This document shows positions 39,509-56,408 of a stretch of 64,000 nucleotides of DNA, one piece after another. Under the pieces are notes generated by a model. It was not told the origin of the DNA. It saw only the letters and a program-made list of their open reading frames with translations, and did not search any database. This DNA comes from Neocallimastix sp. 'constans' (taxonomy: Eukaryota). The stretch covers positions 186,001 to 250,000 of the forward strand of contig JBODTK010000109.1 in assembly GCA_050613775.1 (NCBI GenBank), written 5' to 3'. The stretch's first letter is position 1. Each line of letters begins with the position of its first letter. A program made the translations under genes and the position numbers.

Positions 39509-39624
39509 AATTAATGATATGTTATATAAATTTAAATCTAAAAATGAAAAAAAAAAAAAAAAAAAAAGAAAGAAACAAAATAAGAATAAAAATAAAATAA
39601 AATAAAATAAAAATAAAAATAATA

Positions 39625-39674
<50 letters not shown>

Positions 39675-39912
39675 AAAAAGAATAATAATAATATATATTA
39701 TTAATTATTAATAAAAATATAAAAATAATAATCTTATTGATACATCATTATATTATATAATTTTTCCAATTTATTTTTTTTTTTTTTTTATATTATTTTC
39801 AACATACACTATAATAAAATAATATTATTTAATTAAATTCTTTTTCTTGTTTTTATCACAAATAATAATTTATATATATCTTTTTTTTTTTTTTTTTTTT
39901 TTTTGCTCTATT

Positions 39913-39995
39913 GCTTTTTTGCTTTTTTGCTTTTTTGCTTTTTTGCTTTTTTGCTTTTTTGCTTTTTTGCTTTTTTGCTTTTTTGCTTTCTTGCT
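39913..39995. repeat. (GCTTTTTT)n octanucleotide repeat
   Basis: About 10 units, upstream of the kinase gene. Confidence 0.9.
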
Positions 39996-40740
39996 TTTTT
40001 TTTTTTTTTTATGATATAAAAATATTAATATTTTTAAATTTGACTTAATTCATTATAATTTAAAATTATTATTAATTGTATAAATAAAATTAAAATTATA
40101 TATATATATATAAATATCAATTCTTTTAAAAAAAAAAAAAATAAAATAAAATAAAATAAAATAAAAAATAATCTCCATTATTATTTTTTCATCATCGATA
40201 TAAAAAAGTTTTTATTATTTTTAAAATATTAAAATTGAATAATTAATATTTTTAAAAATAATATTTTAATATTAAATAAAATTTAAATTTTCAAACTTTA
40301 AATATTAATTTTATTAAAATATATTAATTATAAATTAAAATAAATTAAATAAATGTATAAATCAATAAATTAAATAAATAAATTATATAATAAAAGTTTA
40401 TGATTAAAATATATAAAAATAAAAAATTATTATAATTCATTTTATTTATTTATGTTTTAAATTTTATCATGGTATTTTTTATTTATATATATATTTATTC
40501 ATTTATTTATTATAATTTTGTATTTGCATTTAATTTATATATAATTCTTATATTTTGTTAATATATAATTATTCTTTTATTGTAAAATTTTTGATTTTCA
40601 TTTTAAATTTAAAATACTCTTATTATTATAATTATAAAAGTAATTATTATAATTACTTTTATAATAATTTCATTTTTACTTCTATTTCTTTTACTATATT
40701 ATCAAAGTTAAACTCTCTGTTATTAGAGTTATTAATGAAA

Positions 40741-40962
40741 TTATAATAACTTCATTTTTATTTCGATTTCTTTTACTATATTATCAAAGCTAACTCTCCA
40801 GCTCTCTTGACAATTGTCAAATACCTTGCTTAATAATTTACTATTTTCATTCTATTTTTAGTTTAACCGACGTAATAATAAAAATATTAAAATATTTTAT
40901 TAGTTTTAAATAATTCATTTAATAATTAATAAATTTAAAGAAATAATAATAATAATAATAAT

Positions 40963-41005
<43 letters not shown>

Positions 41006-41382
41006 TATTTACCATTAAACTATCAATCATAGCTTCATCTGAGCCAAAAATTTCTTTAATACATTTATTTCCATTATTTTTATTACTGTTTATTAAAGTA
41101 CTTAATTCAACAAGATAGTTTTTAAACGTCTTTAATAGTTTCTGAATTTCATCAACAAATTGGGTTTTTTTATCTTGAATATTTACAACCCATGGAAGAT
41201 TCCTTGATTTTCTGTTTGGAGAAACATTGGAAGCATAATGAACAAATAAAACTATATAATTGATAGCCTATAAATAGATGTAAACCATTATATATAATTA
41301 AGCCATTTAGAATTAATGTTATTATTATTATTATTATTATAAAGTATTATTATTAATTATTATTAATAATCTTTATTATTAA

Positions 41383-41418
<36 letters not shown>

Positions 41419-44401
41419 GAACAATTTAATATTACTTCAAGAACTGAGGTACATTGTTCAATAATATCAAATGTTATATTAATAGAATGATTAATATTGT
41501 TAATAGAATTAATTTTTTCTTTGAATATATTAAGAATATTTGTAAATGAAGTACAAGCACCTAGTTCTATAAATTTTATTAAAGAATATTAATATTAAAA
41601 TCACTACATTATAATTTAAAATTATCAAATATATTTGATTACCTTTAGTTTCCTTAGAATTATTGGCTTCGATTACAAATTTTCCGAACTCGTAAATAAT
41701 TTTTCCATTAGCAATTTCACTTGGTAATAACTTAATTTAATTAAATTAGAATAGATTAGAAGAATATATAAAAAAAAAAAAAAAAAATTTATTTTACGAT
41801 TTATTATTTATTATAATTACTTCAGTATCTAAATTATTTTTGTTAAATAGATTTTCTAATTTTTCCACATCGGCTTTAACTGTTATAACATCTTTTAAAG
41901 TAATATATTTAAGAATTTTAGGAATTAAACCAAATAATTGAATCCAAAGTGTCTATAAATAAAAAAAAAAAAAAAATAGAAATTAATATTATAATTTAAA
42001 TATTACACCTCTAAAATATAAAAAATAATAATATTTTTTAATTTACATTTTTCATTGGTCTACATCTAATCTTTTGTTCTAAATTAATTTCTTCATTTTT
42101 CCAATTTGCAAATACTTTGTAATCTCTGTTATCTGTGCATTTTGCTAAATACTCATCAGTAATGTCAATATATTTATCATTAATTGAAGTTAAATAGTTA
42201 TTTATTTTATCAATAGTATTAAATACTTGAGTAATTTCAATACGAATAATTTGTTGATGATATAAAATTTGTTGTATTGAATTATTTAATCTATTATAAA
42301 ATTCTAAAATTTCAATAATTTTTGAGTATGTTTCATTCTTATAAGCTTGGGTAATAACATCTGGAGTTTCAATACGGTTAGACTTATAAATTGATAAATA
42401 TAGGTTGTAAATATGTAATGGAATTTGAGAAATATACAATGAATCCATTCCTTCAGTATATAAGAAGCTTAAGGTATCAAATTGAATAGAACGAAGATTT
42501 AACGATCCACTTAGATCATTGGTGCGGAAAACATCACCTAAAATAGAATAAAGTCTCATTAAAATTATTTTGAATTGAAAATTAAATTTACTTTTTTCAA
42601 GACCACGTTCTAAAATGGCAATTGCTTCATAAACATAGCAAGTCTTTTTAGTAGATTTGTAATAATCTATTAAAAGGGAGACAGCTAAAACTAAATAATC
42701 ATCACCAAATTGTCTTTCGGTATCTTCTAATTTTGTTCCTATATATTCATTGAATAATATTCATAATTAATAATCAAAAGAATTTTTAATTTAATTAAAG
42801 TCATATTTAACATAATATTAAATTTATTAAACGATATTAATATTAATATTATTTCAATGTATATGCAATCTACCAAATGGAAGAGTATCTTCATATAATG
42901 AAATTAATTTTTTTACATAATTTTTCACATCTTCCTCATTATTTATATCATATCCAATATAAAAGAAAATTTTTTCAATATTAATATTTCTTTGAATATC
43001 ATTAACTGTTAAATCATTCTATATTATTTGAAGTATTAAATAGTTATTATTGATTTATATAATAGATTAAGAATAATGTATATTACATATATTTTAATAT
43101 ATTTATAAAGTTTAATAGTATTACAATTAAACAATATGTATATTTATATATCTTACAGTTTTAATGAGGCTATTTAATTCAGATTTGAAAGAATTCAAAA
43201 GTTCATCTGAATTTAACATATCTAAATATGGAAGTAAATCTTCAAAACAACAATATTTATCACCAAAATTTTTTATATAGTTAATAAAAATATTTTTATG
43301 TTTTTCCATTGCGAAACCTAAAATTATTATAAAATAATTAACAATGAATGAATATATATTTTTTATTATTTATCTATAATACAAATATTTTATATATAAA
43401 ATATAAAATAATAAATTCATAGAGAAAAAAAAAATTACCTGTCATTTCAATGATTCTTTTTTCAAGTTCAATTTCTGCAATAAATGGTGCTCTTTTGATC
43501 TTATTCATACCATTTTTTAATTCTTCATTTTGAATTTTCTTAATCCAATCATAAACATTAATAAAATCCTCATTATTTCTTTATTTAAGTGAATATAAAT
43601 ATATATATTTTTATATATATTTTTTTTTATTATATTATGTCATTAAATTTCATTAGTTGTTAATTAATTTTTATTATTAAACATTTATAATCAATACTTT
43701 TTAGTCATTTATTATAAAATATTTACAAATAATCTATAGCTAATACGTTTTCTTCTAATAAAATGAATAAAGCATCAATAATATTGTAGAAACAATTAAA
43801 GTTATCATGACTAATATATTTAAATATAAGAAATATATATATTAGCATATTATAACAAAAAAAAGAAAAAAAAAAAAAAAAAAGATAAAAAATTAAAAAT
43901 AAAAAAATTAATTATATATTATATATTTATTAATATTGTATACACTTTTTTATAATATTACTCATTATTCTCAATAATTGCTTTACAAATTTCAATTAAT
44001 TTATTCCACTGTTTTGTCTTACGATTCAATTCAATATTTAATCTGTTTCTTTCGGTTTCAATTTTAATACATTTTGAACCTAATTCACCATTTAATATAT
44101 CTAAAGCTTCTTTATTTCTATCTTGATCCATAAGTATTGTTAAATACATAAATAAACCTAATTATATATATTTTAGATATTATTCAAAAATAATATTTAT
44201 TTATATTATATTAGGTAAAAATGTATTCTTAATTTTAATTTTATTTTATTTAATATGAAATACCTTCATAATCAGTTATGAATTCTTTTTCGATAGCTTT
44301 TAATACCATTTGTTCAGATAATTTGTTAATAATAGCTTTGGGGCAATCGTTTTGATAACGAGACTATTTATTATTATTAAAATAAAATATGTTAAGTTAA
44401 A

Positions 44402-44441
<40 letters not shown>

Positions 44442-44872
44442 TATTTATTTATTTATTTAATAGAATTAAAAAATTCTAAAGTAGTTTACTTGCAAAATCA
44501 AAGACATGATGGCCCAACAGAAATATTTTCCCTTTCTATTAACAACACTATTACTAAACAATTTATTAAGCTTTAAAGCAGTCTATAAAACAAAAGAATT
44601 CTTAAGTTAGTTTTTATTTTGACAATATATTTATAGTAATATATATTATTATTGTAAATATATATATTCAACATACTTGCTTTTGTAATTCAAAATTATT
44701 AGTTTTGGTTAATGCCATATAATATTGATTAGCATATTCTTCATTTGTTTGATCAGAATCAAAAGCATTTTTAAATAATTCAGCAATTTCATCATCTAAT
44801 TATTAATTGGAATAATATAATAATTTAATAAAATAATTAAGTGAATAAAATATTATAAATGTACTTATTTTT

Positions 44873-44916
<44 letters not shown>

Positions 44917-45437
44917 TATTTGGAAAAAGGTTATTGTCTGTTACATACACTTTTCAAGGTCTTTTAAAGTTAAATTTAATGCTTGTAAGATAGTTTCGTC
45001 TACAGGTTTAGTTTCCATAACAGATCTTGCAAGTTCTTCAGCTTCGTCATATCTATATAATTTAACTAATGCTAAAGATTTCATTGCCTTTTTTATAAGA
45101 AAATACATTATACATATCGAAATAAATAACAATGTTGAAATACAGAATAACTATAAACAATTAAGAATAACACGAATATAAAAAAAAAATAAAATTAAAT
45201 ATAATTTTAATTTTTAAATTTAAATTTTTACATTAATAGCTGGGTCATTATGAAATTTCTTTAATGCTTTATTACTTAAAGTGAGAGCTAATCTATAATT
45301 TTCATTATAAATAGCATCTAGTATTATTTTTTTTTTTTTTTATTGATAAAAATAGTCAGATTTGAATTTCAAAATTATATAAAGTATATGCATAAATATT
45401 TAAATAATAATACATTAAAGATATAAACGAACAATAT

Positions 45438-45490
<53 letters not shown>

Positions 45491-45522
45491 CCATAAATGT
45501 TATTAACAGCTCTATCACTCAT
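40741..45522 (-). CDS. MDM20: NatB N-terminal acetyltransferase auxiliary subunit (TPR-containing), multi-exon
   Basis: MSDRAVNNIY-DAIYNENY..., TALKLNKLF...YFCWAIMS, KRAPFIAEIEL, YIKNFGDKYCCFEDLLPYL, ERQFGDDYL, LERGLEKSKFNFQFK and LRSIQFDTLS fit the Mdm20/NAA25 pattern. GT-AG introns; stop at 40743-40741. Confidence 0.9.
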
Positions 45523-46933
45523 ATTTATATTTTATTATAAATTATTATATATATATATTTTTTTAAAATATAATATTAAATTAAATAATGTAATTATTAA
45601 TAATTCAGCATACTTCTTATTCTTAATTTAATTTTAATAATAATAATAATATTATTATTATTATTAAAAACTTTTTTTTCTAATAATAAAATTTGATCCA
45701 AAAAAACTTTCTTTTATTGAAATACATCAAATATTTTAAATTAAATTTTTGTATAACATATTAATTATACATCTTTGATAAACCAATCAAACTTTTTCAA
45801 TTTATAATTATAGAAATTTTATGAAAATAATCGAAAAATAATAAAATTTAAAATAAAAATAAAAATAAAAATAATAAAAATAATTATAAAAATATCAAAT
45901 AAAAATTTTTAAAATATTCAAAATTTAAAAATATTAAATAAAATAATTAATTAGCATTAAAACAAGTTGAAGGAATTAATATTATAAAATAATTTTGTTT
46001 ATTTTGCATATTTGCTCCTCTTTGAAAATATTTTATATTGATTTTATTTATATTCAATTATAATAAAAATATATAATAATTTTATTAATGATATATATTA
46101 TATGATAGTATTTAACTATTTCTATTTTTAAACTATTTAATTCTTAAAAATAAATATCAAACTATAAATTTATAATGTAATAAAAGAAAATAATACTAAA
46201 CTTATTTTATTTATCATATATTAAAAGAGTTTGCTTTTTTAAAATAAAAATTAATTATTCCAGTCATACAAATGTTGAATATATATTATTTAATAATATA
46301 TTTTTTATATATTTTATTATATAGAAGACTACCTATATATGTTCAAATATTAATAATATTCATATATTTATTTAAATAAACCAGAACATTTTGTTTAGTA
46401 ATATATAATATTTTTTTTTTTTAAATTATTGAAATTCAATTTTTCAATGTTAATTAAACATATAAAATCAAATATATATATACTATATTTTTTACTTAAT
46501 TCAAAGGGAGCTTCTTTAATAAAACAAATTATAATTATTAGTTTTATTTATATATTTTCAATAGACCATAAAAAATGAAATAATTATAATAAATAAAATA
46601 TTATAATATAAAAGTAAAAAGTAAAAATAAACAATAATTATAATATAACTATTATTATATAATTAAACTTTAATAGAATATTACAATAGAAGAATATAAT
46701 TTTAAAATTAATTATTTATTTCATATAAATATATATATATATTTATTATTATAATTATAATTAACTGAAAAAAAAAAAAATTAATATGAAGTACATATTT
46801 AAATGAAATAATAAAAAAATAACCTTAGTTTTATGAAAAAAATAATATTATTTTTTATTTCATTCAGTAAATAATTTTAATATCACAATATCATGTGGGT
46901 ATCAATAAATAGTAAATAATTATAAAAATAAAA

Positions 46934-48333
<1,400 letters not shown>

Positions 48334-51259
48334 TTTATTGTAGGTAGTTGTTAAAAAATTAAATAATATAAATTATACATATATATTTAATTTTTTATAA
48401 TTAAATAAAAAGATGATTGGATAAATTTTACAAATTTTTAAGAAAAAAAATAATTTTATATTTCTTTCTGAAAAAATATTGTATTATTATTATTAATATT
48501 AAATTTTTAATAAATGATTATTCATTTCCGTTTTTTTATAACTATAATTTAAAAATATTTTTTATATTATAAAATAGAAGTTATTCAAGATACTTCCACT
48601 ATAAGTAAATAAATAGTATAATAAATTAAAGATATAACTTTGAAATATAAAAATTAATTGATTGTATGAAATTCTAATTATTTCAAATAATAAATATATA
48701 TTCTTATTAATATATATTTTTATTGAAATTAATAAAGTCTTAACATTTTATTTTAATAAATAAAAAGCAAAAATATATATATTCATTTCTATAATCGATA
48801 AATATTAAAAAAAAAAGAAAAATTCAACGAATTACAACAAGGATAATCAACAATCTAATATGAAATATGTTTTAAATAATTTTAAATTAATAGATTAAAT
48901 ATAAATCGTAAAGTATAGAAAATAAAACGCATTTCTGTAAATTGTTCAGTTTTTGATAATTAAATATATATATATTAAAATTAATTATTCAAAAAAAATT
49001 ATTTTTATTAATCAAAGAAACATTTAATTGAATAATTTTATATATATGTGTGTGTTTAATATAAGAAATGAATATATTTATATATTAATGGTTAAAAGGT
49101 TTTTTATTAAATTAATTAAAAAGTATTAAAAATAATATAAAAATATATGTTTATATATGTTAGATGCCTAAACTATTAAGTACAATAATAAAACTCAAAA
49201 AATAAAAATAAAAATATTAATAAATTTATTTTATTTTAATTTTAATATATTATTATTATTTTCATTATTATTTTGTTTATTTTTTTTTTTACTATTACTA
49301 TTTATGATTTATAATTACTGTTTATTGTATATTATTATTATTTGTTATTTATTATTATTATTGTTATTATTAAATCGGTATTAATTTAAAACAATTACTA
49401 AATTACTAAATTAGTCTACCTTCACTTTATATTTATATGTAATTTTAAGGTAAATAAATAATTATCAAATATGTAAAGTCTCAACACAAACACCTGGACG
49501 AATTAAAAATGTTTTCTATAACTGAAAATTTTCAATTAATTAATTTAAAATCAAAAGTTGTAATTGATTTAATACTTGTATTTATCTTTTAACTTTTTGA
49601 ATTTATAATTATAATTATTAAATTATTCAAATAAGATATAATATTTAATAAACTATATTTATTTATTGAATTAATTTTATTAACAAAATTAAATTTTAAT
49701 ATTTAAAATAGTATTATTTTTATTAATAATATTTTAATAGATTATTGAAGAACATGAGTTATGATTTATATAAGAAAATTTAAAAAATTTATTAGCAATT
49801 TTTAAAGAGCAACTACTTAAGGATAATGATGATTATGAAAAAAGTGAAGAAGAAGAACAAGAATATAAAGAAATGGAAATATTATTATGGATAAATTAGT
49901 AAAATAGATGTAAAAGATGATATTAATAGAGAAACCAGTAATGATGAATAGGAAAATTGATATATTTTTATTTAAAACTTTTTTTAAAACATTAAAATAT
50001 AGATTTATAATAAATTATATAATATAATTTAATGTATTATTTAATTTATAAATTGTGTATTACATTACATTACAAAACTCTTCTTTTAGAAATTTATATA
50101 ATAATAATAATATATATTTTATAATTTTAATTGAATATAATACAACTTTTCTTCCTTAGTACTAAATATACAAATATTTAATATATATATTTAAATTTTA
50201 TAATTTAAACTTCTTTCAGAATATATATATATAAAATTATGTTTATTAAAATGTAATTGTATTTAAAGTAAAAATATTTTTTTTAAAAAAAAAGTATTAT
50301 TGAAAATAATATTATTAAAGTTTTAATTAATAGAGATTAAAAAATACAATATATTTAAATTTAACTATAAATATTGAAATAAAATAAAAAAAATATTTAT
50401 ATATTCTAATTAAAATACTTCTTTTATTATAATTAAAATACTTCTTTTTTCATATTATTATAAATATTAATATAATATCTGTTAAAATTTTATAATATAT
50501 ATAAATATATTTTAATAATAAATGTTTTAAATATACTTTATTTTTTATTGTATAACTAGCTTAAAAGAATAATTTTAAATAATAATTAATAAAAGGAATA
50601 AATTCATTTATAAATTAAATATAAATTATTCAATGCATTTATTTTAATTATAAAAAATTAATAAAAAATTTAATTGCTTTATTATTCTATTAAATTATTA
50701 AAGCTGTAATTATTTTTCCTATTATTATTACTGTTGTTATTATTAATGTTGTTGTTATAATTAGCAATTAGCATTAGTGGTACTTTTATTGAAAAGTAAG
50801 CAAAAAAAATAAAAAAATAAAGAAAAAAAAATAATAATAATCCTAAGTTTATAATAATTTAAAAAAAAGTAATAATAATCCAAAATTTATACAATAATTA
50901 AAAAAATAATAAAATAATAAATTAAATTAAAAAAAATCAATATATTATTGAAAAATTTGCTAAGTACTCTCCAATAAATTTTAAATAATAATAAATTACT
51001 ATTAGAATATATTGAATACTTATTTTTATTATTTAAAATTTTTAAATTTAAATTTTTACTTCAATAAAAATATGTAAAAATGAAAAAAAAAAAAAAAAAA
51101 AAAAAAAAGCATTTAAAATATATTTATTAATATTAGGTAGTACATTATAATATATATATTTTATTAAAAAAAATAAATAAAAAATTTTACTATAATTTAA
51201 AGTATGAAACTTTAATTTATATGTATATATATATTTTTACATTTCAAATTTTATTAAAA

Positions 51260-51630
51260 TTTTTATATTTATTTATATTTATATTTATATTTATATTTAT
51301 ATTTATTTTATTTTTATTTTTATATTTATTTTTATATTTATTTTTATATTTATTTTTATATTTATTATTTATTATTCAATATTTAATATTTATATTTATA
51401 TTTATATTTATATTTATATTTATATTTATATTTATATTTATATTTATATTTATATTTATATTTATATTTATATTTATATTTATATTTATATTTATATTTA
51501 TATTTATATTTATATTTATATTTATAGTGATATATTATTTATATATACGTATATTTATATATAATAAAATTTATATATATTTATATTTATATTTATATTT
51601 TTATTTATATTTATATTTATATTTATATAT
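51260..51630. repeat. (TTTATA)n low-complexity tract
   Basis: Direct inspection; explains the spurious FIFIFI ORF. Confidence 0.9.
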
Positions 51631-52897
51631 ATTTATGGAATTATATATAACAATATACTTGTAATCTATTAACTTTAAATTTTGGTAATTTTTAAAAAAT
51701 AATTAATATAAAAAAAGAAATGATGATAATTAATTATTAAAAAATAATAAATAATAACATAAAAATTAAAAATTATGTTATATATAATAAATATTTTAAT
51801 GGTTATATAAAGATAAAAAATAAATACAACTTTACAATAATCTTTTATATATTAATATTAATATTAATATTAATATTAATATTTATATTTTTTATTTTTA
51901 TCTTTATTATAGTTTTTTTTTTTTATTATTATTATTATTTATTAATATTATTATTTTTTTGTTTTTGTATTTTTTAGTTTTTGTTTTTATTATTGTTTTT
52001 TGTTTTTTGATAACTATTTTCTTTTCATTTTTCAAATTTTTAATATTTTTGATTATGTCAAAATCTATTCATAATTAATTTCTTTTATTGAACTATTTAT
52101 ATAAATATATATATTGTAAAGAATTTTACATATATTCGTAAAGCATTATTAATTTACATTATATTAATGTTTATTTTAATTATTCAAATACTTTCTATTA
52201 TTAAATCATATTTTCATTAAATATATCAAATTTTAAAAAATAAATATAAATAAATAATAATATATAATAATTCTATTTATTCATTTTTTAAAGTCGTCAT
52301 AAAGTCGTCATAATTATCTTAATAAATTTATAACAAGATAAAAAATATGACTAAAATTATAATTTTATAAAACATATTTGAATACTTATTTAGATAATTA
52401 AATTATTAAAAAAAAAAAAAAAAAACTCTAAAGAACAAAAGAATTAAATTATATTATTATAAAAAAATATAATATATAATTTCTTATTTAAATTTAAATT
52501 TTAAATATACCATCATAATACCCCCAATAATTTTATTAATTATTTTCATAATTATATCACATATATATATATTTTATTAAATTACTAATTTATTTAATCA
52601 TAACTAACAGTAAAATTCCAAAAAAAAAAATAGTAAACGATATTAAAAGAAATTTCAATACTGAAGTACATTACACTAATATTTAATATATACAAACACC
52701 ATATAGACAAGCATAATAATCTTTAGAACTTAATATACTATTAAATATTAAATTTTATTACAATTTATAAAAAAAAGCTTTCTGTTAAATTAATTTTTAT
52801 ATAATAAAAATATAAATATAAATGTTTATATAAAAATAACAAATAATATTTTCTATCTTCCAGTATTTTTGTTTATAATTTATTTTATAATATAATA

Positions 52898-55800
52898 ATG
52901 CGTAATAATTTAAATTCAACTATCATTACACCTTTATCACCAAAAAATCAGAAAGCATTAAATTCAAAAATAATTAATAATGAAATTTATAGTGAAATTA
53001 GTCCAGAATTTTTAAATAACAAAGCAACAAATAAATTTATTTCTTCAAATAATCAAAGCAATGATACTTCTAATTTTTTATTATTTACCCCTGCGGATGT
53101 ATTTCATAACAATATATCTGTAACAACTACTTTACCAAAGGCAGTTAAATCAATATATTCTAGCACAACTTCTGCCGAAATAGAAAATTCAAATTTTTTC
53201 AACTTTTCATCTAGTATTGATACCATAAATAAAACAAATTTCAATAATAATTATAATAATTCTTCTTTATTTGATACATTTAATAATAATATTGAAACTT
53301 CTTCTTTTGAAAACAGTAATATTTCTATTTACAATTTATACAATAATAATAAGAAAAGAGTGAATAATATCGAAATTACTGATAAAGAAGAAAATGATTT
53401 AAATATTAACACAAAAAATATTACAAATTATAATTTAATTCCAAATAATATGAATAATGTATGCAAAAGTGAAAATAATACTATTAGATTAACAGAAAAT
53501 ATATTTGAAAAAGGTAACAAAAGAATAATTGCAAATAAAATAAATTTGTTAACTTCTCCTTTATCAAGCAATCAAAATAATTTAAATAAAAATTCTCCTT
53601 TATCAAACAATCAAAATAATTTAAATAAAAATTCTCCTTTATCAAACAATCAAAATAATTTAAATAAAAATTCTCCTTTATCAATCAATCAAAATAATTT
53701 AAATAAAAATTCAACAATTATTACCATTTCAAATACAATTAACTCTAATAATATTAAAAGTAATTCAATTGAAAGTACAGAAAATAGTATCGATAGCTCA
53801 TATAATTATAAACGAAAATTTGAATCATATGAAAATGTTAATGAATTGATTGAAAGTGAGACATTTTTATTTAAAAATGAATTAATTAAAGAAAATAATT
53901 TAACACTTGTTAACAAAAGAATTAAACTAAAAAATATAAGTAAAGAGTCTTATCAATTAATAAATAAATTTAACGATTCTTTCATTAATAACAAATTAAA
54001 TAATAATTTTAATATAGATAATAGTAAAAATGACAAAGGTAAATAATAAAAATTTTTTTTTTATAATTCAATTATATATAATTAAAAATTTAATATAAAT
54101 TTAATATATGATGACTATATTGTTTATTATACTTATTTATATATCAACTAATAATTTAATGAAAAATAAAAATTGGATTGGATGTAGAATTAAATGAAAT
54201 ATTAATTAAAAATGCTGATAATGAAGTATATATCAAACAAAATAACTATTCTAAAGAACATTTATCTTTTGAATTAAATAATAATAATAATATATCAAAA
54301 AAAGAAAATAAATGTAAAATATTATTGCCTAATGTGAATATGATAACTAAATCCTTTAATAATAATAATAATGATAATAAAATCAATCAGTTAAATATTA
54401 CAGAAAATTTAAATAATATAAAAAATATAAATGCTTGTAATTTAACCAAAGTAAGTGTATTTAAGAATAAAATAATAAAATAAAATTAAAATATAAAATA
54501 AAATAAAATAAAAAATAATAAAGTAAAATAAAAAATAATAAAATAAAATAAAATTAAAAATAAATATATGAAATGTCAAAATATATTATTGATTTAGATT
54601 ATATACTAATATTTATTTAATAATATATATAATTTTATAAATGGTAAATGTTATAAAGAATGAAACTGTCGAAAAGGGTAAATTAAAAAAGAATAATGAA
54701 AAGAAAACAAAATTAGTTATTAAAATTAGTAAAAAAATGTTAAAGCAACATGACCGTTATAATAATGATAGAAAAAATGGTAATTATTCATAATTCTATC
54801 ACATAATTGAATTAATAAAATTAATAATTATTATAATAAAAAATTGAAGTAATAAAAATATTTTTGATAAGAACATGAATAAAAATAAAAAAATATTTAA
54901 TTAACAATAAAATCAAAAAATAATAATTATTATAAATTTAATATAAATTCATTATTTTATATATATATAATTAATAGCATCTTCAGAAACTAAGTTTTCA
55001 AAAAATAGTGTAAATGAATTAGTATTACCATCAAAATTAAAATCATTAATTACTATGAGTCGTTCTCAGTATTCTTATATAAGTGATAATAATCAAAATA
55101 CACCATTTGTACACACTCCAAAGGAATCACGCCAAATAAAAAATATTGCAGAACAAATTTATAATGTATATATTATAATAATTATATTAATACTCATATA
55201 TAAATAAAATAAATTATTAAATATAAAGTTAATTATATATAAAAATATATTTTATTAAATTAGTTAAATAGCATGTATCGCTATACAGATGAAACATTAT
55301 ATTTAACAATGAATTATATCTATAGATATACAAGATCGGTAAATAGAATTCAATCAAAAATGTTAGAATTGATTATTTTAACTTCTATGTATATTGCTGG
55401 AAAAGTAACTTTTTTTTTTTTTTATAAATAAATATTTTGTTCTTAATGATATATATATTAAATTAATAAATATATATATATATATATAAATGAATAGTTC
55501 AATGAAGAATTGAATGAACCTACAATAACTGATATTATATCATCAAGTACATCAATAATTAAAATGAGTGATATTAAGGTATTAATTTTTTTTTTTTTTT
55601 TTCAGTGCTTAACAAAAAAAAAAAAAAAAAAAAAAAAAATAATAATAATAATATTAATAATAAAAATAACCAATATATATATATATTACTTACATAATAA
55701 CAGAAAATGGAAAGAAAAATACTTGCAAAATTGAATTGGAATCTCTACATCACCTCGCCTCAAGTAATTATATAGATTTATATTAATTCGTCTATATTAT

Positions 55801-56408
55801 AAAATATATATTAAATTTTTCAAATATTAATTGTACTTTATAATTTAATAGAGTATTTTGATTGAATATATGGATTATTTGAAGAAAACTACAGGTTTAG
55901 CTAAACCAATTGAAAAATATATATCATCATTTAGAGCTTTCAATTATATAATTAATAATAGTATGTTCATATATATTTTGATTTATATAATTATTATTAT
56001 ACTAAACAATTTTATCTTTAAATTACTAGATTTTGCTGAATTTATATACCCAGTCTATATTCTTGCATTTTCTGAATTACTTATATTACCTGCTAATTTT
56101 AATATTAATAAAAATTCTATTATAGAATTTCTATCATTAAATGAAGTAAGTCATCACATTTTATATATATTTGTTATTTATTCAAATATTGAATATATTT
56201 AATATATAGAAAATATATTATTTTTTTGAAAAAATTTTTTAATTTATTTTTTAATACAATTCGCATATTTTTTTTTTAGGATGAAATTAAGCAACTTAAT
56301 GATTGCATTCACCTGTTATTTGAAAGGGTTAAAGAAAGAAGATTTAAAAAAATCTCAATAAGAAATTACTGTATTTGTGAAAATTGCATTAGAAAATATA
56401 AAAAATAA
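52898..56408 (+). CDS. Divergent cyclin-box protein with long Asn/Ser-rich N-terminus (about 10 exons)
   Basis: Phase-consistent splicing gives ETLYLTMNYIYRY...LIILTSMYIAGK-FNEELNEPTITDII...DIK-KMERKILAKLNWNLYITSP, matching cyclin N-box helices 2-5. Stop TAA at 56406-56408. Confidence 0.82.

Noticed and set aside
44490..44583. Apparent frameshift in an MDM20 exon
   Set aside because: Careful reading gives AAT AGA AAG GGA AAA TAT TTC in frame (NRKGKYFCW).
51221..51664. Hydrophobic 'membrane protein' ORFs (also 18339, 20457, 21066, 28553, 63756)
   Set aside because: Translations of microsatellite and AT homopolymer tracts.
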